Assembly (NCBI GenBank): GCA_964016885.1
Contig: OZ024740.1
Span: 391,282,001-391,346,000, forward strand
Source: Eledone cirrhosa
Lineage: Eukaryota
DNA: 64,000 bases
Reading direction: 5' to 3'
Below, in pieces: positions 38,189 to 50,744 of the stretch (its first letter is position 1; each line of letters starts with the position of its first letter). The notes beneath the pieces are model-generated. The model was not told the DNA's origin. It was given only the letters and a program-made list of their open reading frames with translations, and did not search any database. A program made the position numbers and the translations under genes.

Positions 38189-39188
38189 CTAGCAGAAAAA
38201 CCACCCTTCGGGTGGTTTTCTGCTAGCACGTGTAGTGTGTATATTGATATTATACGCAAGTATATATGCATGTAGATATGATACGTCAAATAAAATCGTA
38301 ATTGACAATATATAATACATAGAAATTGAACGAAGACTGCGTTACAATGTCTTATTTAATCAGTAACGTAATCCATGATACATTAAAAAAAGACGATATT
38401 ATATATCTGCTAGTATGTGTAGTGTGTATATTGATATTATACGCAAGTATATATGCATGTAGATATGATACGTCAAATAAAATCGTAATTGACAATATAT
38501 AATACATAGAAATTGAACGAAGACTGCGTTACAATGTCTTATTTAATCAGTAACGTAATCCATGATACATTAAAAAAAGACGATATTATATATCTGCTAG
38601 TATGTGTAGTGTGTATATTGATATTATACGCAAGTATATATACATGTAGATATGATACGTCAAATAAAATCGTAATTGACAATATATAATACATAGAAAT
38701 TGAACGAAGACTGTGTTACACTGTCTTATTTAATCAGTAACGTAATCCATGATACATTTAAAAAGACGATATTATATATAAACTGCATTAGGAGAAAATT
38801 AGTGACAGAAAATTAATATGTTTATTTAAGCGATGGCCAACCGGAAGTGTTGACATTTCAGAAATTTTAAAGAAGTGAATCTTTAAATAAACAAAATATA
38901 TTTAATCAACAGCCACGAAATTTAGTAGATAAATTATGTAATATTCATTTATTATTTATTCAAAGTTCACTTTGAATAAATAATAAATGAATATTACATA
39001 ATTTATCACTTTGCCTTTCATCCTTACGGGGTCGATAAGATAAAGTACCAGTAATACACTGGGATAATTGCTGGCCTTGTGCCAAAAAAGTAGAAACAAT
39101 TATTTATTCAAAGTAATCCAACTTATTTTACTAATGGGATAAAAAATTATAAACCGTACGCAGTCCCGCGCTCCTTACTTTATTATAG
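38189..39188 (-). mobile_element. Non-autonomous Helitron-like element with internal 187-bp tandem repeat (x3)
   Basis: rc 3' end accaccc gaa gggtggt ttttctgCTAG|t; ctgctag at 38220, 38407, 38594; other boundary uncertain. Confidence 0.55.
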
Positions 39189-39299
39189 TTTAAATATAGT
39201 GATAATAAAACTGACATAACAGAAATGCGTATTACAGAAAATTACGTAATAAAGAGAATTATAGAAATCTATCCTTCGTATGCATTATATATATAAAAG

Positions 39300-39516
39300 G
39301 AACGATCGACTTTCGTCAAATCGGACCGGGGGAACAATGTTTCCGTTGGTCTTTCCAATTGCTAATACTATCTATCGGTCGCAACTCCAGATAGAAGGAG
39401 CAACGTGAAATAAAGTGTCTTGCTCAAGGACATAACACATCACCTGGTCCAGGAATCGAACTCACAACCTTACGATTGCGAATCCAATACTCTAACCACT
39501 CAGCCACATGCCTTCA
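39300..39516 (-). mobile_element. Second tRNA-derived SINE family (CORE-like)
   Basis: rc head tggctgagtggttagag..gagttcgattcc, then gtccttgagcaagacactttatttcac; second copy 62606-62828. Confidence 0.8.
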
Positions 39517-39577
39517 CAATATATATATATATGTATATATATATATACATATATATATATACATATATATATATATG

Positions 39578-39876
39578 CAGTTGTGTCCCAGTATTCGCGG
39601 AGGTTATGTTCATAGAGCATCCGGGAAAAGTGAAAAACCGCGAATATTGGATTTGGTCCATAAAAATGCCTATAAACATAACGTAAAATATAGGCCAGCA
39701 AATACGGTATATTGTTATTAATAATTTAACGTTATTGCCACGAAAAAAGCCATGAAAAAATCGCGGAAGATATTTACGATTTCGCGAATATGCGGTGGTT
39801 TCCACGAACAATTATTAGTGAGGTTCTGAGGAAAATTCCACAAATAACCGGAACCGCAAATGCCGAGAGAACACTG
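39578..39876. mobile_element. pogo/Tigger-like MITE
   Basis: TIRs cagttgtgtcccagtattcgcgg / ccgcaaatgccgagagaacactg in a TA context. Confidence 0.65.
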
Positions 39877-39894
39877 TATATTTATATATATATT

Positions 39895-39992
<98 letters not shown>

Positions 39993-40016
39993 CATGTGTA
40001 TGTGTGTTTGTGTGAA

Positions 40017-40628
40017 ATGAAAAGGCATGTTGTGATTGTGGCTTTGACGGCTAAGCATGGTGATTTAGAAATTTCTCGTCTTTTGAAAGTTGCAAGATTC
40101 GGTGTGAGTTAGAGAAAGAAGATGGAAGCATATTACCTGTATCAAAAGGTAAAAAAACATATCAAACGCTTTGATTCTATCAGGACACTTAATTTATTCA
40201 GGAAGTTAAGCAAAACATTGATGACAATCCAGGAAAATCAATGAGATCAATTGCAAAAAAATGTTGGTGTGTCAGAAAAAACAATTAGAAATGTTGTGCA
40301 TGAAGACATCAGCTACAAATCTTACGTGATGAGGAGAGGACAATTCATGTCAGAAAAAACAAAAGAAAATCGTTTAATCACATCCAAAAGACTTTCGAAC
40401 AAACTTAAAAATCCTTCAGAAGATGATGTGAGTTGGTTTTTCTCAGATGAGAAAAACTTTGACCAGGACCAGAAAACTAACAGAAGAAACGACAGGTGGC
40501 TATGCGCAGACCCTTCAGAGGTACCAAGAGTAATGCATACAACATTTCCTGCAAGTCTCATGGTTTTGGGTGTTGTTAGCAAAGAAGAACATGTGATACT
40601 CCTCACTTTTTTTCACAAGGCCTTAGGG
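40017..40628 (+). pseudogene. Tc1/mariner (maT/DD37D-like) transposase fragment
   Basis: KSMRSIAK..VSEKTIRNVVHED; WFFSDEKNFDQDQKTNRRNDRW; PASLMVLGVVS; frameshifted and truncated. Confidence 0.85.
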
Positions 40629-40764
40629 TGTCCAGAAATAGCCGTCGAAACGGCTTGAGCTCTGCGTCGGCGTCATACTTTTTCGTATTTCCCACTCTAC
40701 TACCCTAAGTATTGAGTACTCTGGTGCGTTATGGTCCATCTGGTCCCTTACCACAATTCTTTTG

Positions 40765-40766
<2 letters not shown>
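40629..40766 (+). mobile_element. 3' fragment of HHR element (half-ribozyme + tail)
   Basis: gccgtc-GAAA-cggc.., tail gtattgagtactc; matches 6510-6648(-) and 41676-41812. Confidence 0.75.
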
Positions 40767-40804
<38 letters not shown>

Positions 40805-40811
<7 letters not shown>

Positions 40812-41030
40812 TAACAGATTAAAGTTTAAGCAAAGAATCGATGTTTTCCCCCTTAACGGGATCTTCTGAAACTATTAAGGGTGAAATTAAGGGTGAAAGC
40901 AGCGATTCTTTGGTTAAACTTTAATCTGTTATTTTAATAAATATTTGCTCTAGAGTTCTTATATATTTGATATATATTTATCCTTATCGAGCCCTCTTTG
41001 GATTTTAGTCTTCACATTTATTATTATTAC
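40805..41030. mobile_element. Fold-back HHR element (CAGAAGA family)
   Basis: Same family as 6820-7038; HHR 40823-40873(-). Confidence 0.8.
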
Positions 41031-41618
41031 TATATATATATATATATATATATATATCTCAGAAGAAAATTTTCTATTCTTCTTTGAGCTAATACTATTA
41101 TTATTATTACAGTGAACTGCGGAATACTCTTAATTCCGATCTTTATACTTAACGAGCTCCAAATTGTTGAGCTAATAAATTCGAATGGTTGGGCTGCCCT
41201 CTCTAGCATTTTCCCCAATCCATGAGAGCCGTTATTTGATGCAAATAACACGTAATTTCGCCCTACTCTGGGCAGCGTGTATATTAGCTTTCTCTCTATC
41301 CATGAGGTTAGATGTGTCGTAGATAGTGTCCACATTTGCTGACTGAGGATCGTGTGAACTGTTATACTGCACATATCAGTGGTGAAACGAACGAGATTCG
41401 TATCAGCAAACTTATAGTTATAAAGTTGGTAATTTAAAACTCTAATCCAGAGATTTGATTCTGACTTAGTTTTTTTCTATCTAATTGCTAAACCTGTAGA
41501 TATTGTTCTCTATACAGTAACGGTAAAACTCAATTGTAATAATTCTTTACACACATCTCACTGTGTAACACACTTCTCTTTGTGTAAGATATAATTATAT
41601 ATATATAGATATATATAT

Positions 41619-41809
41619 AGGAAAATGTATGACTCGCACCGGCAGAGCTCAAGCCGTTTCGACGACTATTTCTGGACAGAAATAGCCGTCGAAACGGCTT
41701 GAGCTCTGCCGTCGGGGTCATACATTTCCCTATTACCCACTCTACTACCCTAAGTATTGAGTACTCTGGTGTGTTATGGCCCATCTGGTTCCTTACCACA
41801 ACTCCTTCG

Positions 41810-41812
<3 letters not shown>
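41619..41812. mobile_element. Fold-back half-ribozyme element
   Basis: Palindrome around tatttct ggac agaaata; GAAA-cggc..gccg-TC-ggggtc. Confidence 0.78.
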
Positions 41813-41860
<48 letters not shown>

Positions 41861-41943
41861 CATATATACACATATACATGTATATATATATATACATATA
41901 TACATGTATATATATGCATACACACACACACACACAGACATAT

Positions 41944-42001
<58 letters not shown>

Positions 42002-42016
42002 TTAATATATATATAT

Positions 42017-42447
42017 AGTTTTAATATAGATGAGATTCTACAGGACTAGAACTGTTTCATGCTTTAAAAATCATCAGGAATCTGCCTTTCCAAAATAAAT
42101 GTTGTGGTATTTATATCTCTTCAGGTCGTAGGAGAGGGTGGGGAGTGGGATGTGTGGAGGTCATTGGTTGAAAGAAAAGGGAATTCATTAAAAGCTAATT
42201 CTTTAAGGCTATAATTTATATTTAGAGTGACAAAGGCAGAAAGAATTCTATAAACAAGTTCAGATTGGGGTGCCACTCCTTATTTTTAAGTTTCTCTTAA
42301 GCTAACAATGCCTGTATTTCGGGTGTCTATAAAATGGTTGGGGTCGGTCATGGTTGATTGATTTAAAGAAAAGGGAAATTCTTTAAAAGCTAATTCTTTA
42401 AAGCTCTACTTAGAGTGACAAAGGCCAAGAGAATTCTATAAACCAGT
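42017..42447 (-). mobile_element. HHR element of the 4861 family; HHR 42033-42083
   Basis: rc: agattc-CTGATGA..GAAA-cag..ctg-TA-gaatct. Confidence 0.8.
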
Positions 42448-42746
42448 TAAAAATATTGAAAATTTTTCCTTTTTACTATTTGTTTATATATATATATACA
42501 CACACATACGCACACACATACATATATAGGTCGGAATATATGCGTATATCCTTCGTCTATATATTTCAATGAAAGATATAAACATCGTGAAGTAAACCGA
42601 ACATTCCCTGCTCGCAAACGAAGTGTCATTTTATATTTGTTCTACACCGAGTCGAGATAGTGATTGGTTTCTTGCATAAGTTGTCAAAAATGCAATGAAC
42701 AAGTGAATGGCCCACCAAAAATCCGAAACTAAGTTGGTGATTAAAA

Positions 42747-42853
<107 letters not shown>

Positions 42854-44032
42854 GAAAAAAGTTTGTCCTTCATCAGTGATCTTCCAACCATCATATATAT
42901 ATATATTTATATATACATAAAAATATACTTGGGGTCGATTAAATCGATTGCACCCTTGTTCTAAAGTGTATGGTCTTGTACCAAAAATCGATATTTCACA
43001 TAGTCATAAAACATCAATTTGATATAGCGCCTCTAAGTCGGAAGTTGAAAATTCGATGACTGTCTAAGTATCATTAATAACATAGGTGACGAGGAATGAA
43101 AATTTAAATTAAATTATAATGTAAACCTGTTTTGAATTCTACAGACCATACCACAAGGGTGAAAATACATTAAAATAAATGCATGTGATCGAAAATAATT
43201 ATGGATATTTTAATGTATTGTCGTCGGTTGTTTTTGTTGTTGCTGTTGCTTTTGTTGTTTTATAGCCTACACATAAAAAGACATTTGCATGCGTGTGTGT
43301 ATCAGAAGAGAATGCCAGGGGAATTGCAAATCAATATATATAGAACTATGTTTGGTTTCACTCTAGAAATATAATCGCTAGCATTGAACGTAGCGCAACA
43401 ACTGAAAGGATTATATATTGTACCTACTTGTATTGGCGTTCACTCAAGATGAGTTGAGCCGGCTCAAGCCAGAAAATCATGAGCATTGTTAGCAGAAGCC
43501 AAACATAGATTTGTACAGATAAGGCCAACTTCAGTTTAAACAACTACTTCCCTATCTCTATTATCTTTAATCCATTTTCTTATGCATTCAACACTTTCTT
43601 CCCAGCCTCTTCAAAATATTCAGTCATATTCGTTCAGTTTCATACAGAGAAGTGTGCTTAATTTATCTCTCTTTTGTTTTTAATATTTATTGAATAATCA
43701 GACAAAATATTAATAAGGTCAACGAAACCGATAAACCGATGACCTTTTAATTCCATGTGGTTGCTAAAGGCAAGGTTGTAATTATTGTTTACTTTAATCA
43801 TCTACCAATTATCTATAGCTTTTTATTTGCAGAACTAATTAGTATTCTGCCGTAATGCCTACATTGCATAATCACTCATACACATACATACGCTCTCACA
43901 GACACACTCACACACACACACACACATATATATACACACGTATACAGACACGCACACAAACACACATACATACAGACACGCACACACATATGTATATATA
44001 TATGGGTTTATAGACACTCGATACATATGTTT

Positions 44033-44067
<35 letters not shown>

Positions 44068-44070
<3 letters not shown>

Positions 44071-44426
44071 ATAATAATAAATTTGAAGACTATAACCCAA
44101 AGAGGGCTCGATAAGGATAAATATACATCAGATATATAAGAACCGTAGAGCAAATATTTATTAAAATAACTATTTATTATTAAGTTACATCCCTTTACAG
44201 TTCAAATCCCGCCGAGGTTAACTTTGCCTTCCATCCTTACAGGGTCGATAAAATAAAGTACCAGTAATGTACTGGGTAATTGCTGGCCTTGTGCCTAAAG
44301 TAGAAACAATTATTATTATTAAAATTATTAAAATTATTATTATTAAAATTTCATTGACTTTGTTAGTTTCAGAAGATCCCGTTAAGGGTGAAAGCAGCGA
44401 TTCTTTGCTTAAACTTTAATCTGTTA

Positions 44427-44433
<7 letters not shown>
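44068..44433. mobile_element. CAGAAGA-family fold-back element interrupted by a SINE fragment (~44190-44345); HHR 44365-44415(+)
   Basis: agttt-CAGAAGA-t-ccc gttaa ggg-t-GAAA-gca..tgc-TT-aaact. Confidence 0.75.
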
Positions 44434-44498
<65 letters not shown>

Positions 44499-44994
44499 TA
44501 AATATATATATATTGTTATACTTGGGGAGGGTCATATTTGCGTAATATTGCCAGAATTAATAACAGAACACACTCACTGTTTGGTTAGTTTTCGCTTCTC
44601 GCTGTCTTTTATATCTGCGATCTAACTTACTCGGTCCTCAATGTTGCCATTGACTGACCGGCGGTCAAAAATAATACAGATACAATATAGACACAAACAC
44701 ATATATATAGTTTATCATAAATCTTTCGTTGCACATCTGCAACATCGTCAGTGGTGTTATATTTTCCTCCTGTTGTGTTGTATGTCTACGCCATTTTTAT
44801 TCAGTCTGTCTATATATTTATTTATTTATTTGCTTGTTTGTTTATTTTATTTCGTCTTCTTTGCGCATGCGTTTGCGTGTGTGTATAGTGTTATGTTTGC
44901 TGTGTGATGGGTGACTAGTGTGTGTTTATGTGCTTGTTGTTATTGTGCTTGTGTATGTATTTATTTATTTATTTATCTTATTTTATTTACTTAT

Positions 44995-46776
44995 TTATAC
45001 TTCTCTTAGGTCAGTGTTGTTTGTTTGGGTGTTGTTGTTATTCCATTCATTCTTTCTGTTTAGCTTTGGTCTTCTAATTTCTATTTCACTGGCCTCTCTG
45101 ATTTGCCTATCTGCTGGGTCATTTCTATGTTTAGATATTATTCTAATTTCTATGTTGTCTATGTTACCGTCATGTTGTTGTCTAGCATGTTCGTATAGTA
45201 CTGACCCGTTTTTTCGTCCTTTTAGTTCCCCCCAGTGTTGGTCTATCCTTTCACCTATGCTACGAGCTGTCTCACCTATGTATGTTGTTGTCATGTTTCT
45301 GCAAGTACCCTCTGTACATTTTATGCTATAGACTACATTTCTAGTTTTACAGTTTATCCGGGGATTCACCTTACATATGATACATTTCCTATTGGTACAG
45401 TGGGTTTTCTTAAAAGGGTAGGTTTTGCTGATCAGGGATTTTATGGTGGTTCCTGGCTTTTCTACCACCTTTATTTTTAAGTGGGTCTTTCTCAGGGCCT
45501 TTCTACGCTGGTTAGCTAATTTCCCTCCAGGGGTGGCGTCCACAAACATGACACTCTGGTATCTCTGGTTGTCGTACCATGAGGTGGCTTTCCCTATCTT
45601 ATGTCTAGCCCTATCTAAGCTATTCCATGATTTGCTCCTGTATAATGGGCAAATTCCTTTCATGTCCAGTTCTATGAGGGTCTTATACTTTTCGTATACT
45701 CTGACTCTGTCTCTTTGGTTGTAGCTAGAGAACTGCATGCGGTTGATGAAGTGTTGGATGTGTCTTTCTATTTCTGTTGGGTCGCACATGTGGGACACAT
45801 TCTTCATCATTCGTACCAAATCTGTGATCAGAATATTAAACTTAGCACTACTGGACATTGCTGAGTTTTTGAGTATCAGGTATTTGGAGGCCATGGGTTT
45901 AGCATAGTGTGAGTGGAGAATTTGGGCTCTCTCGTCTATAGTGTTAATCCAGAGTTCTGTGTCTAATACAGGTAGTCTATTGTTAGGGTGTTTGGAAGGG
46001 AAGTCGATAGTTACAGTTATACTCTGGTGTATGGAATTAGCTATCTGCTGGATGCTTTCCATCGTGCTACGTTCAAAATCAAACTTGTTAGTGCTCTCTA
46101 GTGGGGGTGTTCTTATAACTATATTGATATCGTCTACATAACGAGAGTACATGATGAGGTCTATGGAGCTTTCATTAAGGAGATCTTTAAGTCTCCTTTC
46201 CCACCATACCATGAAAAGGTTGGCAACATCACCAGCTATGCTGACGCCGATGGCTGCTCCCTCATTTTGGGTGTAGATTTTCTCGTTGAACTTAAATAAG
46301 TGGTCCTTTAGGGTAGTTTTGATACTAGCCCCTATTGCATGTGCGACCATTTTTCTTACCTGATCATTGTTTTTGGGGGTCCGTATAGCTTTGGTCCACC
46401 CAATCCACCTTCCCATGGGAGTCTTTTTTGCCATTGAGGTTATGGTGGGGGGTCTACCTGTTATAGGTCTACTAGGGCAGAAACATCTAAGGTCATGGCT
46501 GTCTAGGTAGTCAGTGTCGTAGGTAAGTCTAAGTAGGAGGCCCAGTTCGTCTGTGTCGACGTCGCAGAACTCCACCTCACTCTCAATGATCATCTCCACA
46601 CATATTTTCACAGCAAAATCAATGTTAATGGATGGGTACAGTGACACCACATCCATGCTGCCTATTATGCAGTTGGATAGGCTCCTGTTTTTGTTGCACT
46701 CACTGATTCTGCTGAGGAGGTCCTCTGTACTGTCACATACATCTGGGGACATCTTGATTATGGGGCGTATAACCAT
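44995..46776 (-). CDS. PLE reverse transcriptase + Cys linker + GIY-YIG endonuclease (frame open upstream to the ~46840 inversion junction)
   Basis: GSMDVVSLYPSI; YTQNEGAAIGVSIAGDVANLFM; YSRYVDDI; HCTNRKCIIC; NVVYSIKC..YIGETARSIGERIDQH. Confidence 0.93.
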   Translation of the reverse strand: MVIRPIIKMSPDVCDSTEDLLSRISECNKNRSLSNCIIGSMDVVSLYPSINIDFAVKICVEMIIESEVEFCDVDTDELGLLLRLTYDTDYLDSHDLRCFCPSRPITGRPPTITSMAKKTPMGRWIGWTKAIRTPKNNDQVRKMVAHAIGASIKTTLKDHLFKFNEKIYTQNEGAAIGVSIAGDVANLFMVWWERRLKDLLNESSIDLIMYSRYVDDINIVIRTPPLESTNKFDFERSTMESIQQIANSIHQSITVTIDFPSKHPNNRLPVLDTELWINTIDERAQILHSHYAKPMASKYLILKNSAMSSSAKFNILITDLVRMMKNVSHMCDPTEIERHIQHFINRMQFSSYNQRDRVRVYEKYKTLIELDMKGICPLYRSKSWNSLDRARHKIGKATSWYDNQRYQSVMFVDATPGGKLANQRRKALRKTHLKIKVVEKPGTTIKSLISKTYPFKKTHCTNRKCIICKVNPRINCKTRNVVYSIKCTEGTCRNMTTTYIGETARSIGERIDQHWGELKGRKNGSVLYEHARQQHDGNIDNIEIRIISKHRNDPADRQIREASEIEIRRPKLNRKNEWNNNNTQTNNTDLREV

Positions 46777-46837
46777 TGAGAGGAAGTAGGAGATCCTGTT
46801 GTTGCTAGCTATATTAGCTCCGCATACGGGTCTTGTT

Positions 46838-47369
46838 GGGAAATTAGCTAATCAGTGTAGAAAGGCCCTGAGAAAGACCCACTTAAAAATAAAGGTGGTA
46901 GAAAAGCCAGGAACCACCATAAAATCCCTGATCAGCAAAACCTACCCTTTTAAGAAAACCCACTGTACCAATAGGAAATGTATCATATGTAAGGTGAATC
47001 CCCGGATAAACTGTAAAACTAGAAATGTAGTCTATAGCATAAAATGTACAGAGGGTACTTGCAGAAACATGACAACAACATACATAGGTGAGACAGCTCG
47101 TAGCATAGGTGAAAGGATAGACCAACACTGGGGGGGAACTAAAAGGACGAAAAAACGGGTCAGTACTATACGAACATGCTAGACAACAACATGACGGTAA
47201 CATAGACAACATAGAAATTAGAATAATATCTAAACATAGAAATGACCCAGCAGATAGGCAAATCAGAGAGGCCAGTGAAATAGAAATTAGAAGACCAAAG
47301 CTAAACAGAAAGAATGAATGGAATAACAACAACACCCAAACAAACAACACTGACCTAAGAGAAGTATAA
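46838..47369 (+). pseudogene. Inverted duplicate of PLE GIY-YIG region, frameshifted
   Basis: Nearly identical peptide to the minus-strand ORF until an extra G in the G-run at ~47130. Confidence 0.88.
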
Positions 47370-47846
47370 ATAAGTAAATAAAATAAGATAAATAAATAAA
47401 TAAATACATACACAAGCACAATAACAACAAGCACATAAACACACACTAGTCACCCGTCACACAGCAAACATAACACTATACACACACGCAAACGCATGCG
47501 CAAAGAAGACGAAATAAAATAAACAAACAAGCAAATAAATAAATAAATATATAGACAGACTGAATAAAAATGGCGTAGACATACAACACAACAGGAGGAA
47601 AATATAACACCACTGACGATGTTGCAGATGTGCAACGAAAGATTTATGATAAACTATATATATGTGTTTGTGTCTATATTGTATCTGTATTATTTTTGAC
47701 CGTCAATCAGTCAATGGCAACATTGAGGACCGAGTAAGTTAGATCGCAGATATAAAAGACAGCGAGAAGCGAAAACCAACCAAACAGTGAGTGTGTTCTG
47801 TTATTAATTCTGGCAATATTACGCAAATATGACCCTCCCCAAGTAT

Positions 47847-47935
<89 letters not shown>

Positions 47936-47940
<5 letters not shown>

Positions 47941-48138
47941 GGAGCTTCTACAGGACTAGTACTGTTTCATTCAGATGAAATCTTCAGGAAGCCCCTTCAG
48001 GAGCTTCCTGAAGATTTCATCTGAATGAAACAGTACTAGTCCTGTAGAAGCTCCTTCTATAAAATAAAAAATTTTACTCTGCCATGTATTGAGTACCTTA
48101 CTTACTGTGGTTATCCCCGACTCAACCCGGGACCTACG
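47936..48138. mobile_element. ~200-bp fold-back element with two back-to-back HHRs (47941-47995 -, 48000-48054 +)
   Basis: ggagcttc-CTGAAGA-t-ttca tc tgaa-t-GAAA-cag..ctg-TA-gaagctcc. Confidence 0.9.
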
Positions 48139-48277
48139 TATATATATATATATATATATACATATAAAGGATGATTAGAATGCTGTTGAAGTGTGGGACA
48201 CACTGTATATACTTACAGTAAGCATGTTGAACTTCGGATTTTCTTTATTCCACCTCCCTCCTCTATCTATCTATCTA

Positions 48278-48384
<107 letters not shown>

Positions 48385-48553
48385 GGAAAAGAATGAAACG
48401 AAATTTCATTTCTCACTCTTAGTACGGCTGATACTTAAATGTAAGTGTGTATGTATACGTACATACATATATGTATACCCATACGTACATATATATATGT
48501 GTGCATGTATGTATATATATACATACTACTGTACGTCTGTATACATACATACT

Positions 48554-48604
<51 letters not shown>

Positions 48605-49333
48605 GCAAACATATGCACCATAGGCATTAATCAAACATACATTTATACAAACACGAATGATTGCAGCTATATGTGATTAATTCATAATTTATACATTGCT
48701 GGGGTTAGTTGTGGTGTCTCCATCAAATATTTAAAGAACATTCCGTTGTTATGTTGTTGTTATTTTTGTTGTTGGTAGTGAGGGTTGAGGGGTTGGCTGG
48801 TTGGTGGATGATCAATGGTGGTGGTGGTGGTGGTGGTGGTGGGGGGGATTGTTGCTGTTGTTTATGTTTTTGTTGTTTGTGGCAATGGCATTGTTGTTAT
48901 TTAGAGTTACTTCAAACACGAGTGACAAAATATATATTAAAAGACACTTTAGAGACACAGCTCTCTTAGTTTAGAGGTATGCAAGTATATAATGTATCCT
49001 TGCGTTATTTAAAGGTTTATGCTGTGATTTGAAGAATGGATAGCTGCTATTTCTAGAAAGGTCGGACGACCACGTAGAGGCTCACCTTTTAGCTCCCTAT
49101 AGGTACGATTCTTATCTGTGAATGTTACTATCTCTGTGCACCTTAGTTACTGACCGTATCCTGTCTTGTAGCGAAAAATGTTGTCCATATACATGTTCAT
49201 TATAGCAGATCTACATCTTCATTTTATATGGGTAAGGCAGGAAATGAGGGACATTAGCTATTAATCTGAGAGCTAAATGCAACAGATGTGCACACTAAGC
49301 ACTCTGCATATCATTATTTACAAGAAAATAATG

Positions 49334-49549
49334 AGGGCGGTGGATTGGCAGTATCGGTAGAGGGTCGGACGCCACGCTTTTCAGCATAGAGTTACAACCC
49401 TTTATGATCTGAGTTCAAATCCCGCCGAGGTTAACTTTGCCTTTCATCCTTACGGAGTCGATAAAATAAAGTACCAGTCACGCACTGGGGTCGATTTAAT
49501 CGACTGTCCCCTCCCCCAAATTACTGGCCTTGTGCCTATAGTAGAAATT
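49334..49549 (+). mobile_element. Full-length tRNA-derived SINE
   Basis: A/B boxes, core; flanked by attatttacaagaaaa. Confidence 0.88.
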
Positions 49550-50744
49550 ATTTACAAGAAAAAGATGGGTTCAGAAGAAACCAAAATTGGAGATTTGGCG
49601 TCTAGTGTGAATAAAGAATGAACATCACTAAAAGCATCCAAGGACTAAGTGGTTAAGATGAATCAAGCAAATAAGTATCCGTACCTGACGTAGTTGTAAG
49701 CGTTTGGCTTAAACTATCAGTATCCGGTTTAGCGAAAACGTTTCTTAAACTTTTGTATTCAAACTTCTTTATATTCTTGATTCTTTTCATTCTTTCCTTT
49801 TCGTCCCAGCCTTATTCTATGTTTTGCTCGTTGTCTCTCACACATCTTATTGTGTTACATTTATTTGTATCTATATATACCTAGATAAGATCGGCCAACT
49901 GACAGAATTGTTAGGACATCAGTTCTAATGCTTTAACTGTATTCATTCCGAGTTTCTGCGCACTGATTTAAAAATCCCACTGAAGTCATCTTTCACTTTC
50001 ATTCTTCCGAGGTTGATAAAATGAAGTGCCAGTCCCGTATGGGGTTGATTCTTTTCTTAAATTCCTTTTCCACATGTTTAAAATGCCCACGAAGGAGTCC
50101 CTACCTTGTAAGTCGTTAAATATTTTTAATGTTTAATGTTAAATTTCCGAATCACGAACATTTCCAAGTTTATTTCAAACCATATATATAGAACATAAGT
50201 GGACATGTAATTCATAAGGTCTTTAGTCGCATCAGAAAACAGTAATGCAATTCAAGTGTATGTCACACAGCTCTAGGTGTCCGTATGTGTTTGTGTGTGT
50301 AAGGGTGTAGATCTGTATGCGTATTTGTATGTGCGTGAGGGTGTATAAATGTTCAAATGTGTGCATACTCTTTAGAACGTATGTAATTCTGTTTTATTAT
50401 ATGTTCGATTTAAAATAATTACAAAATAATTATAAGTACACTAACAAGATCTGACGTCAAAATTGTCTTGGAATGCTTCTATTTTACATTCACCACAAAT
50501 AGCTATAATATAATGTCGATCATTTTATTTCAACAAAAACCAATACGTCATTTATATTAAGCGCAAACTAAAGTATTGACAATTGTTATAGCTTCGAATC
50601 CAGTCAGATCTTTTTTTATCGTATTTGATTGTTTCATATTATTTTTACACTATAATTAAGATTATTGGCTAGACAAACATCCGTCAATCTATCTCTCTTT
50701 TTATATATATGGAAGCATTGTACTGTTGCATTGTCTGGGAGTTT

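Larger units (their letters stand above)
44514..47852 (-). mobile_element. Penelope-like retroelement, 5'-truncated, with ~1-kb inverted copy of its 3' end
   Basis: 44514-45525 mirrored by 46838-47852; both ends ..cccaagtataacaata(TA)n; HHR-like motifs 44714-44755(-) and 47609-47650(+). Confidence 0.95.

Noticed and set aside
41030-41374. 114-aa minus-strand ORF
   Set aside because: No identifiable domain; lies between element fragments and ends in (TA)n
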